A stretch of DNA of 64,000 bases from Leucoraja ocellata (Eukaryota): positions 10,602,001 through 10,666,000 of the forward strand of contig JAWMAR010000027.1 in the NCBI GenBank assembly GCA_036785375.1. The letters run 5' to 3'. The notes beneath the pieces were generated by a model. It had not been told where the DNA came from. It worked only from the letters and a program-made list of their open reading frames with translations, and searched no databases. Below, piece by piece: positions 52,630 through 63,712 of this stretch (the first letter of the stretch is position 1; each line of letters starts with the position of its first letter). A program made the translations under genes and the position numbers.

Positions 52630-53002
52630 GTCATAGTTACACAGCGTGGAAACAGGCCCTTCTGCCCGACTTGCTCACAACAGCCAACATGTCCCATCTG
52701 CACTAGTCCAACCTGTCTGCATTTAGCCAATATCCCTCTAAACCTGTCCTATTATGTACCTTTCTAAATATTTCTTAAACATTACGATAGTACCTGCCTC
52801 ATCAACTTCCTTCTCCGGCAGCTCGATCCATGCACCCACCACCCTTTGTGTGGAAAATGTTACCCCCACAGGTTCCTGTTAAATCTCCCCCCCCCCCCCC
52901 GACCCCTCACCTTAAACCCACGTCATCTGGATCTCGATTTCCCCTGCTCTAGGCAACAGACTGCATCTACTGGATCTTCTCATGATTTTATACACCTCTA
53001 TA
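52630..53002 (-). mobile_element. CR1 LINE 3' fragment
   Basis: Reverse of the subfamily at 62975-63305 (CACAGCGTGGAAACAGGCCCTT tail). Confidence 0.8.
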
Positions 53003-53382
53003 ACATCAATGAAACTGATGCAATGTATATCCCATTTTTTTTCTTATTTATTAAATTGTCAAATTAACCAATAGCCCAAACAAATATGAAATATGCTGAC
53101 ATTGCAAAAATAATGCTGCATTTTAAACATTTTCACCCTGGAGTACCACGGAAGAGATTTAGAACGCTAAATTAAGCAGCTATGTTTCAATCTCAAGGCC
53201 TTGACAACTATCTGAGATATAATTGTGAAGTAACCAGGATTGCTATTCATTTATCAATATATTGTTATCAATAGCACCATTCTCCTTGTGGTAATGTCAA
53301 CACTGCAAAAGTTAGAACAGTTTTTAATCATTCTGCCCCTAATTCCTATGTCTCACAAACGCTTTTTGGAAATAGTCTACAC

Positions 53383-53795
53383 CAGTGCTTCTTAAACTGG
53401 TGAATGGTTCACCCAAGGGCAAATTAAATTATTTATATATATTTTTTTTTCTAACTTAAAAAAAGCATTGCCATTAAAGTGGTTAGAAAGCTCTTATTGG
53501 GTTAATGGCAGTGGAGCTGGAAATTTGATATGTTTTTTTCTCTCTAACTATGGTTTTCTAATTTCAAAGTAGCAGGATATATCCCAAATTTACTGTAATA
53601 TAACCTTTTAGGGAAGACCAGACGAGCTAGTGGGATCATTTGCTCATATGACAAAATAAATGATATATAAAATTACACACAAGGGAAAATACGACGAAAA
53701 TTACCAAAAAAACATTCGAAAATTTAGTTGAGAATGAATGAAATTTTGTGATAATGACTCACGGGTGAATGACTGAAATAGTTTAAGAAGCACTG
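53383..53795. mobile_element. hAT (Charlie-like) non-autonomous DNA transposon / MITE, 413 bp
   Basis: Perfect 16-bp TIRs CAGTGCTTCTTAAACT / AGTTTAAGAAGCACTG, with 8-bp flanks GTCTACAC and GTCCACAT (6/8 identical). Confidence 0.85.
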
Positions 53796-54424
53796 GTCCA
53801 CATCACAAACGTATTTCAAAAGAAATGAGTAAAAATGATTGGGTTCTTTTAAGTATAACATTTGAAATTGGCAAGCATTCACAAAGTAATTTTTTACAGC
53901 CATTCTTCACTGATTAGCTGGTATGTTGTTCAAATATACAGTATATTAAAATCCCAGATTAGATCTGTGGTGCTTTCCAAAACTGATCTTAATTGCAATG
54001 TCAGCACTGGTCAAATCAGGTTGATTCGAACCCATGCAAATCTGCTCTCAATCGAAGTGTATTTCATTTACCTTTTATCAGGCACGACCTCGCTCATCTG
54101 CTTTTGTATGTTATTGTTTGGGCTCTGCAAGCCAATTAACTGGGGATCAGATCGCAATCTAAATCCAAACAGTACAAAGCAGTTGAACTCCAGACGTATA
54201 GTGAGAGTGACCACCTGATATCAAAGTATTTGACCCTGTGAGCTGTATGTAAGCCTAAATAAACCATGGAGATTAAAGAGAAACTGCTCCACTGGCTGCT
54301 GTCTGACCAACACAAGGGCAGACACCAAGTTTATCACAAGCCAATCATCTCAGCTCATTTCATGAAAGTGGCCTATACCCAATGACCTTCAGATGCTCAA
54401 TGAACTCCATTCAGGTTCACGTTA

Positions 54425-54845
54425 AAGGAGTAGAATTAGGCCATTCTGTCCATCGAGTCTACTCCGCCATTCAATCGTGGCTGATCTCTGTCACCTTATC
54501 CCATTTTCCTACCTACTTTCCATCCCTTGACACCTGTTCTAATCAAGAACTTGTCTATCTTTGCCTTAAAAGTATCCACTGACTTGGCCTCCACAGCCCA
54601 CTGAAGCAATGAGTTTCACAGATTAACTACCCTCTGACTAAAGAAGTTTCTCCTCACCTCCTTTTTAAAAGAGCGCCCTTTAATTCTGAGGCTATGACCC
54701 TTGGTCCTAGACTCTCCTACCAGTGGAAACATCCCACGTTATCTATGCCTTTCACAATTCTGTAAGTTTCAATGAGGTCTGCCCTCAACCTTCTAAACTC
54801 CAGCGAGTAGAGGCCCAGTGCTGTCAAACGCTCAGCATATGCTGG
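54425..54845 (-). mobile_element. CR1 LINE 3' fragment nested in an older LINE
   Basis: Typical reverse CR1 3'UTR and ORF2 end (CCTTTAATTCTGAGGCTATGACCC). The flanks at about 54200-54420 and 54845-55440 look like an older plus-strand LINE. Confidence 0.82.
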
Positions 54846-57251
54846 ACTCATAACTGCATGATTTGGCTATTCTATTTGTATCTTTCCATTCACAAAGCAG
54901 CCTGTTTCCATGTACTCGGAGGCCTAGGCAATTTTCAGGCTTTATTTGCTAAGTGCCAACCAACATTTGTGCCACACAAGTCCCTGGCAATGAGTATATC
55001 CAACAAGACTATGGCTGTACCCATTGACATCTAACATTATCGTCGTAAATTTCCACATCAACACAGGACAACTGCGGAATGGAAACATAACTGGATCACT
55101 AGTAATAATACCACAGCTTCAAAAGTTAGTCAAAAGCTGTGCATGTTATGGCAAATTGCTCAGTGGTCTAGAAGGGTGCCGCAATAATCAAACAGCTAAA
55201 CAATATACAGGATGGTCAGCCACCTGCCTGGCACCCATATCACAATGTTAAGCATTCACATACTCCACGTGCACAGTACATAGTCTACAAGATGCACTGG
55301 GCATCTTCTCAAGCTCATTCAAACTGCCTTGCAAACCTGCAAGACATAATTTGATGGCATATGGAAACAGTACTCCATGCATGGTTGCACACCATCTTGA
55401 ACTGAACACAACGATGTGCTCTTATTAAACTGGGCCAAAACCCCTAACTTTATCTAATTATACGTTAGGGTACTTTCACTGCATGGTCAGCACGAGTTCT
55501 CCACTTCTTTTATCCAAAACATCGTAACTCAAATTTATGGTTTTATTCGCTTTACTCTTCTCACTGACATGAATCATTAACTCTTTTTTCATAAATACTG
55601 CTCAAAGTACTTCGAGCATTTGTTGTTTAAATACCAAAATTTATGTCAATCTTACGTTATACACATTTCATCATCAGTTGAAAGATCATTATTGGTTCTT
55701 CAATTGTTTTGCATTTCTGAATTGGTGTAAAAATTTGCTCGAGCAACAGATAACAATTGTTAAAGATCAGTGTCTGTAACATTTTGTTCCAGTGAGATAA
55801 AAATAAAATTGACAATTGTTGATGACCAATGGTGTTAAAAAATATCTAGAAGTTCAAGTCACATTACAGTCTACTCAATTAGATCAGATTAATACCTGCA
55901 CTATTGGGGTAGAAGTATGCAGATGCTGCACTTCTGAAATAAAAGTAGAAAAGCTGGGTAGATGCAGCAGTTCCATCTGAAAATTGGTTAGTGGAGCCTA
56001 ATCAGAGAGTAAGAAAGACTATGATTTCCTCTTTGTTCACGGTGTGGTTAACCCTAAGAGAAATGTTTGCATGGCTTCTTGGATCAGGTGCAACTGGAGG
56101 CCTCACAGGGGTCATATGAGCATGCAATTCGGACGTGGTGCGCAGCAGCAGAGCAGTTTTGTAGGACACTGACAGCGTTGCATGGCCAGTCCGACCCCAT
56201 CAACTCTGACATAATGCCGCCACCAGGACTTTAAGGCCAAGTTAAGACTCTACATTTGCAAGAATTTTGAAACTTGAAAGATACAAGTGGCACCCGAAGA
56301 TATACTCTTGTATACTGCCCCAGTGTACTATTCCTCCATCTTTCACTTGGGTATGATTGTGCTTATCTATAGCAAGATTGTATGCAAAAAGAGAATTTTA
56401 TTTTACCTAGGTACATGACAATAAAGCACCATTGAACTCTACATGAGCAGTTTCACATTCTACTCGGATGACTACATTTTGTGCTGATCTGTTACTTCTC
56501 GACAGAAAAGGAAAGTTCAAAACAGTCAACCATTGTTTATTTTGCATTGTCATGAGCTTATTGTGTACACTACTCCAGGAATAACTCTGCTGGAGGAAAA
56601 TAAGTAAAAACGAAGGTTTCTTCAACAAAGCTGGTAATAAACAACTTTAGATGTGGATGTTGAGAAAAAAAATTGACCTAGTGCAAAAGTCAGACATTCA
56701 GAACTTTTCCAATGAGCTTATAAATTAATTCTTGGGTCCTAGATTCAGTCCAGTCTGCATTCAAACTGGAATTAAAAACTGGTTATGAGAATTGGTCAAT
56801 GCACCATTGGACCACCAAAAATCTGATTAGCCATGATTCCCACCTCACATTATCAATGGAAAAACTTCCAGACATTGGATTGATCATCATCATATTTCAG
56901 TCCACTAACCAGTCCTTGCTAGACTCTTGCAAAGAATAGCACGTTGATTACATCCTTGAGAGAATCTTGTTCCGACAGAACAGTATTCTAACGAGTCAAC
57001 TCATTCAAATTATTTTCATGGTTTTACTGCCTGATCAGAGCGATTTCTTAAGCTTTCCCAATGAAAAGGGCGAGCTATTTTATGATGCATTCATTATGAC
57101 AGAAAATAGTGCTTGGGGTGTCCTAGAATGTGAAGCAACATGGGAATTGCAGCTATCATCCAAAAATCAGCCTTCAAGATGTTAAAAATAATGGAATTCT
57201 TAGGAAAGTACTAATTAACAAGAGACAATACACAACATTGCTGTAAGTTTG

Positions 57252-57383
57252 TGCAAGAAGGAACTGCAGATGCTGGTTTAAACCGAAGATAGACACAAAA
57301 AGCTGGAGTAACTCAGCAGGACAGGCAGCATCTCTGGAGAGAAGGAAAGGGTGACGTTTTGGGTCAAGACCCTTCTTCAGACT
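57252..57383 (-). mobile_element. Penelope-like terminal repeat, well-preserved solo copy
   Basis: Reverse of AGTCTGAAGAAGGGTCTTGACCCAAAACGTCACCC...GCTGAGTTACTCCAGC...CCAGCATCTGCAGTTCCTTC. Confidence 0.75.
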
Positions 57384-57630
57384 GGTGTTGGTTTGCTATT
57401 GTCACATGTACCAAGATACTGAGAAAAACGTTAGTTTTGAAACGCAATCCAGTCAGTCACACCATGTCCATGTTCAAGCAAACCATACCCATGTTCAAAG
57501 AGGAAATTAACTAGAATGCAGATTATAGTACTACATCAATAGAGCAACAAAGAAAGTGCAGATTAACACAATCATGTGCAAGGGCTGCAATGAGATAGGT
57601 TATCTCTCAGGTTATTTCCCCATATCCCTT

Positions 57631-57745
57631 GATATGGGGAAAAAGCAGGAACTAATTTTAGATGATCAGCCATGATCATATTGAACGGCGCTGGCTCGAA
57701 AGGGCCGAATGGTCTACTCCTGCACCTATTTTTTCTATGTTTCTT
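57631..57745 (+). mobile_element. Short CR1 3' end with 5' fold-back
   Basis: GATATGGGGAAAAAGCAGGA...CTACTCCTGCACCTATTTTTTCTATGTTTCT. Confidence 0.85.
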
Positions 57746-57749
57746 AGGC

Positions 57750-58275
57750 TGGCAAATCATACTGCACCCTCCCTATGAAAGGCCTATTCAGTCATCTGAA
57801 ATGGTGGGGAAGAAGTGCAGTGGTCGATGGAAAGGGGTGGGGAGAGGGGGTAGGCTCATTTATCTGATGGTCTGGGCTTTGCAGCTTCTTGTAGTGTTGG
57901 CTAGAGCATTTGCCAAACCAAGTTGTGAGGCAGTCCAATAAGATGCTTGCTACAGCGCATCTATATAAATTTGTAAGAATCGTTGGGAGACATGCCAAAT
58001 TTCCTTAGTGTTCGGAGGAAGTAGAGCTATTAATGTGCTTTCTTGGCTTCTAGCATCAATGTGATTGGACCAGAACAACTTATTGGTGATATTATACATA
58101 TAAACGTGAACCTTTGGTCAATTTCCACTTTAGCAACGTTGATGCTGATTGGGCCATGCATTACATCCCATTTCCTGTAGTCATTAACTATCTCCTTCCA
58201 CTTGTTGACAATGAGGGAGAGGTTGTTGTCTTGACACCATTTCACTCAACTCTATATCCTTCCTGTACTCTGTCA
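57750..58275 (-). mobile_element. Rex1/Babar-type LINE fragment
   Basis: WCQDNNLSLIVNK.KEIV.DYRK and LTNLYRCAVASIL..CLTTWFG. Confidence 0.8.
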
Positions 58276-58724
58276 CATCAATGTTCTAAATCATTAGTTA
58301 ATGATTTATGTTGAATAACAATTGCTAAAGAGACAGCATTTCCTTAGTGTTAAAGCCTTATCGGTATCTATTGTTTATGGGCTAACTCTTCTGAATCAAA
58401 GCAGTTATAAAATTTAAACCCATACTTCAATATTCAATACATTTTGCCCCTAAACACCCATTGGCATGGTAAAACTGGATTCTCATGTGTTTTTGTACCT
58501 TGATGCTGTCTCTTATCACATGCTAAATAAGGTAATCGCTCTTTTCAGGAACAAGAGTTTTATTTTAAACGCACCAAATTGTTTGTTGACTTTTCTATCG
58601 ATTTACTCATTAATAATAGATTTAGGCTGGAGACAACGTGATGTACATGATATATGTTGCTATGATGTGCGTGCAATGGAAAGTGCAGCCAAATTTTACT
58701 AGATTGGTTCAACCGAAGGCAGAT

Positions 58725-59110
58725 TTTCCAAATTAGAGATCAAGTAGACTAGGGTCTGTATTTGCTAGAGTTTAGACGAATGAGAGCAGATGTCATTGCA
58801 AATCATAAAATTCTTACAGGCTGCATGCAGAAAGGATTGTTTACCTGGCCGAGTTAAACAAATTGCTTATCTCAGCACAAGAACAGCCAGTTTATGATTG
58901 AGATTAGAAATTGTGTCAACAATAGTCTGTAATTTGGAAGCAGTCAATGAGCTCATTCAAAACAGATCAGTAGTTTTCCAGACTTCAAGAGATCCAAGGA
59001 AAAGGGAGGTAGTTCATAAAAAATGGCAGCAAAATAGGATAAGTGCCATGATGTCAATGAATGGCAGCGCAGGCTCAAAGAGCTGGATTACCAACTCCTA
59101 CTCTACATTA
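58725..59110 (+). mobile_element. Old CR1 LINE 3' fragment
   Basis: RLGLYLLEFRRMRAD-like remnant and a CR1 3'UTR. Confidence 0.65.
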
Positions 59111-59524
59111 TATGAAGGGACAGCTACAAGAAAAAGTAAAAGGTATGTTAATGGAATTTAGCTTCATGCACAAACTAATAATGGAGAAGATTTTATTTTA
59201 TTTACCCAGTTTCTAAAGGGCTGCATTTCAAACTGACATGGGATGAATTGTTCACAACATTGGCTGTGGTGCAATACCATCGGGAAGTCACTTAACATGA
59301 TCCCAAATAATCTGTTGCAGGAGCTCAGTGAGTCATGTTGGGAGAAAGGAATTGTTTACATTAGGGCTCAAAATCATGCATCAGGACTAAACGTGGAGAG
59401 AAGATCGTCAGTGTAAAGAGTGGAGGGAGTGTGAAAACACAGGGCAGTGGATGAATGGATGACTGCGGATGGGTGAAAAATGATGACCTCATCTGAGCCT
59501 CCACTGCTAGAGCTGGGCCCACAT

Positions 59525-60068
59525 CAAAGAACAATATCTAACTCCACATGGGTAGTCTGCAACCCATGGTATGAATATTATATTTTCCAATTTCTGGTAC
59601 CCATGGCCTCCCCCATATTTTCCACCACCCTCTTTCCCATGTTCTTACAGTCTCCCCATTTTTGTCCCCTTTCCCACACTCCCACTCCTTACCCTTAATT
59701 ATACTTTTCAATCCATCCTCCTCCCGATTCGATCCACCCATTTGTTTCACCCACCTTCCCTACCAGGTTCTGGTTGTGCCGGCCCTTCACCCCTCCCCAA
59801 CCGTTTCCCATTATCTCCTTCATTACTTGTATTCCTGCTCTGGTGATCTTTGTGTTCCTGCTCATCACACTCTAGCAGCTATCACCACCTTTCACCCTCT
59901 CCCCTCACCTGGCCTTTACCTCCACGTATCTTCCACTTCATCTGTCTCCCAACTTCATCCTCTACCTAGCTCGATCAGCCTGCAATTCTTCTCCCTCAGT
60001 CCACTATCCACTAGCCCCAGCCTCAATACTCCCCATCTTTATACTGCCTATCTTCTCTGTCCAGTCTC
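59525..60068 (+). mobile_element. Penelope-like element 3' region (pyrimidine-rich)
   Basis: TCTGCAACCCATGGTATGAATATTATATTTTCCAATTTC is shared with the other PLE ORF ends and is followed by a CT-rich tract. Confidence 0.55.
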
Positions 60069-60208
60069 AGAAACATAGAAAAATAGGTGCAGGAGTAGGC
60101 CATTCGAGCCATTCAATATGATCATAGCTGATCATCTAAAATCAGTACCCCGTTCCTGCTTTTCCCCCCATATCCCTCGATTCCTTTAGCCCCAAGAGCA
60201 AAATATCT

Positions 60209-60993
60209 GCCTCCGTCCACGCTGAGGCCTAGCGGAGCCGGCGACCTCGGGACTCTGGAGGCAGCTGACAGGACTCGTCCTGGGCTCGCTCCCGGCCCAG
60301 CCCGGGATGGAACGGTGCTCCCGTGAGAGCGGCATGGTGAGGGGCTGGAGTGGCCCAGCCCGAGGGTGGAACGGCACTCCCGCTGGAGTGGCCCAGCCCG
60401 AGGGAGGAACGGCACTCCCGCTGGAGTGACCCAGCCCGAGGGAGGAACGGCACTCCCGTCGGAGTGGCCCAGCCCGAGGGAGGAACGGCACTCCCGTCGG
60501 AGTGGCCCAGCCCGAGGGAGGAACGGCACTCCCGTCGGAGTGGCCCAGCCCGAGGGAGGAACGGCACTCCCGTCGGAGTGGCCCAGCCCGAGGGAGGAAC
60601 GGCACTCCCGCTGGAGTGGCCCAGCCCGAGGGTGGAACGGTACTCACGTGAGGGCGATCCGGTCCGGGGGCTGGGACTGTACTCCGGTGGCTGTACTCCG
60701 CAGTGTTTGAACCGGCCCGTTCGCGGGGTTCGGTGAGCTGCGGGACTGTTTGTACCATCGCCCGGTGGGGAATCGCCTCAGCGCAGAGGGAGAAGAGGGA
60801 GAGACTGCAACCCTAAGATTTTGGCCTCCACCACAGTGAGGAGGTGTTTGGAGGACTCACTGTGGTGGATGTTAATTTGTGTTTATTGTTGTTATTATTG
60901 TATTATTGTATGTATGACTGCAGGCACGAAATTTCGTTCAGACCGTAAGGTCTGAATGACAATAAAGGAAAATTCATTCAATTCATTCATTCA
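60209..60993 (+). mobile_element. GC-rich non-autonomous retroelement with internal minisatellite and LINE-like 3' tail
   Basis: Interrupts a CR1 copy, is CpG-rich, and ends in a stem-loop, AATAAA and (ATTC)n. No credible ORF. Confidence 0.7.
60347..60650 (+). repeat. 38-bp minisatellite, about 8 copies
   Basis: Unit GGAGTGGCCCAGCCCGAGGGAGGAACGGCACTCCCGTC starts at 60347, 60385, 60423, 60461, 60499, 60537, 60575 and 60613, with a diverged partial copy near 60293. Confidence 0.97.
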
Positions 60994-61489
60994 TAACTCT
61001 TGAAAACATCTAGTGAATTCGCCTCCACTGTCTTCTGTGGCAGAGAATTCCACAGGTTCACAATTCTCTGGATGAAATTTTTTTTCATCTCAGCCCTAAA
61101 TGGCCTCCCCTTATTCTTAAACTGTGACCCCTGGTTCTGGACTCCCCCAACATAGGGAACATTTTTCCTGCATCTAGCCTGTCCAATCCCGTAAGAATTT
61201 TATATGTATTCGTCCTGGGGCAGGGTTTTGATTCAAAGTTGACTATTCTGTGCCCCCCATAGTTGCAACTCCAACTGTTCAGTTTCTCCAGTAGATTGTT
61301 TGTTACTCCAGATTTTAACATCTTCTGTCGATTATATCAACACAACACCCAATGAAGCTTGTGAAAAATTAATGAACTCAGTAATGTGACAATTCTTTTT
61401 GAGAAAGCAGGCCAGGCCCATAGATGCAATAAGTGTGATTAATGTTGGAGCATCATAGTCACCCAGCATATAATACGTATTTTGGTTAC

Positions 61490-61772
61490 ACAGTGGCACA
61501 GCAGTGGAGCTGCTGCCTTACAGCGCTAGGGACCCGGATTCAATCCTGACTATGGGTGCTGCTGTACGGAGTTGGTACATTCTCCCTTTGACCATATGGG
61601 TTTTCTCCGGCTGCTCTGGTTTCCTCACACACTCCAAAGATGTACAGGTTTGGGGGTTAATTGGCTTCAGTAAAAATATAAATTGTCCCTTCTGTGTAGG
61701 ATAGTGCTAGTGATCGCAGACTCAGTGGGCTGAAGGGTTTGTTTCCACGCAGTATCTCTAAAGTAAAGTAAC
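61490..61772 (+). mobile_element. Full-length tRNA-derived V-SINE (HE1-like)
   Basis: A-box-like GTGGCACAGCAGTGG, B-box-like GATTCAATCC, V-domain TGGGTTTTCTCCGGCTGCTCTGGTTTCCTC, CR1-like 3' end and TAAAG tail. Confidence 0.85.
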
Positions 61773-62974
61773 AGGTCCTTCAGCTCATCACATTCATACT
61801 GACCATCTAGCAATCTACCACCTACCATCAGTAATCCTAGATTTCCACTTCCACCACTAACTATTTCCCTCCCATTCCCCTGCCCACCACCAACACCAGA
61901 GACAGTTTACAGTGGAGCTACCAATCAGCACATATTCGATGAGCGTGAAGAAATTAGATCACCCGAGGAAATCCATTTGGTTACAGGGAGAATGTGACAG
62001 CTGCTCATACACAGCACCCAAGGTCAAAATCAAACCTCAGAGCTGCGTACCAGCAGTGTTAACTATTGTGCCGCTTAACATTTAACAAATGCCTTTTGGA
62101 AATAAATCAGTTATGGCTATTATCAAACAAAGGATTACAGGTTAGTTATTACACTAGTTATTCTTAGAAATAATAAAATTTGAAAGCTATAATTAACACT
62201 AGTGGATATGAATGAGGCTAATTAAAGGTCTAACTCAGCAGGAGACCCAATACATGACTACTCTAATTATTTGCCAATCAGAAAAGATCATTAGTAAATT
62301 TCAATTTAACTGTCCTTTCTGCCACATCGAAAGCCCAGCTATCATAGACATTGATTATTCTGAACCTAACTGGTACTCTCACTATTACAGAGTTCAAAGA
62401 ATTAACTTAATTTTTCCCACATTAACACGCTAAAAAAAAAACATATTTGGTTTTTAAAAAAAGCAATATTTACGAGACATCAGAGCTGACTGAAAACACA
62501 GGATAACTATCAACATGGGGGCGCTTTTAAGCACAATGATTTAAAAAGCATTAGCCTTGGAAATAAGGGAAGCAACATTAATATTAACATCATACATGCA
62601 ATTCCCAATAACATTTTGTTGTTATTTAAGCAAGAAGCCAACACTAACTCATGGCCATCTGACAAATACACTGCATTTCAGCAATTAACAGCGATCTAGG
62701 TTACAAGCAGTTAATATGCATGTCGTTTGAAACTGATGCAAATGAAATCCTGAGACATATTTTATCCCAGGATTGCAGTGGCTGATATGGAAAATATTGT
62801 TAATCTTATTGATAATGACAACAATCACCATATATTGTATTCATAAAGTGAATCAGTCAACGAGCCCATGCAAACTAATTTACCAAGAAATTGACCCATT
62901 CACATTGTTTTTCTAACCAAGTGAATGTCTTTTTGCTCGGCGTTAAATCCCCATTACAAGATTATAACAATCTA

Positions 62975-63305
62975 AAGGGATAAATCGGGTAGATGCACAG
63001 AATCTCTTACCCAGTGTGGGGGAAATCGAGGACCAGAGGACATTGGCTCAAGGTGAAGGGGAAAAGATTTAATAGGAATGTGAGGGGTCGCTTTTTTACA
63101 CAAAGGGTGGTGGGTGTCTAGAACAAGCAGCCAGAGGATGTAGTTGAGGCTGGAACTATCCCAACATTTAGACAGTTACATGGATAGGACATGTTTGGAG
63201 GGATTTTTACCAAACGTAGGTAGGTGGGACTAGTGTAGCTGGGACATGTTGGCCAGTGTTGGCGAGTTGGTCCAAAGGACCTGTTTCCACACTGCATCAC
63301 ACTAT
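62975..63305 (+). mobile_element. CR1 LINE 3' fragment
   Basis: GAAATCGAGGACCAGAGGACAT...AAGGTGAAGGGGAAAAGATTTAATAGGAAT...CCTGTTTCCACACTG. Confidence 0.82.
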
Positions 63306-63369
63306 GACTCGAGGAACGATTCTGGAAAGAACAGTGGGGAGAAAAATAAAATAAAGATGTCAGGGGGTG

Positions 63370-63712
63370 CACAAGTGCTGGCCAGTGAGAAGTGAATCCA
63401 GGTGAGGGGGGGGGGGGGGGGGGGGGGGGAATTTGTAGATGAGGTCAGTTGGGGGATAGCAGAGGATGGGGCTTGACTGGTGGAGATAATCAGGGACTGA
63501 GGATTATGGAATCTGATGAAAAGGAAATTGGAGCAAGGAACCAAATAAGGGAGGGCTTAAGGAAACGGGGCTGGGAGGGGGAAAACGGGATGGAAGAGGC
63601 AGCAGAAGCCCAGTGAGGGAAATGGGAAAGAAAGAGAAGAGATCAGTTAACCTGAACTTTGAAAATTCAACATTCACACTGTTGGGTTGTTGACTACAGA
63701 GGCGGAATATCA
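63370..63712 (-). mobile_element. Penelope-like element 3' region with poly-G tract
   Basis: IFRLCSQQPNSVNVEFSKFR resembles the PLE ORF C-terminus. Purine-rich on +, with a G run at about 63406-63429. Confidence 0.65.

Larger units (their letters stand above)
60069..61205 (-). mobile_element. CR1 LINE 3' fragment split by a younger insertion at 60209-60993
   Basis: The CR1 tail at 60069-60208 resumes collinearly at 60994 (TAACTCTTGAAAACATC...) and continues to YKILTGLDRLDAGKMFPMLGESRTRGHSLRIRG. Confidence 0.9.

Noticed and set aside
60347-60650. CRISPR-like array (38-bp self-complementary repeats)
   Set aside because: The units are head-to-tail with no unique spacers, there are no cas genes, and the context is vertebrate. 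It is a minisatellite.
60122-60758. Long ORFs (112-190 aa) in several frames on both strands
   Set aside because: Artefact of a stop-poor GC-rich 38-bp repeat. The same peptides cycle through all frames.
61490-61570. tRNA gene
   Set aside because: The tRNA-like A and B boxes are the head of a SINE that continues into the V-domain and a CR1-like tail. No intact cloverleaf.
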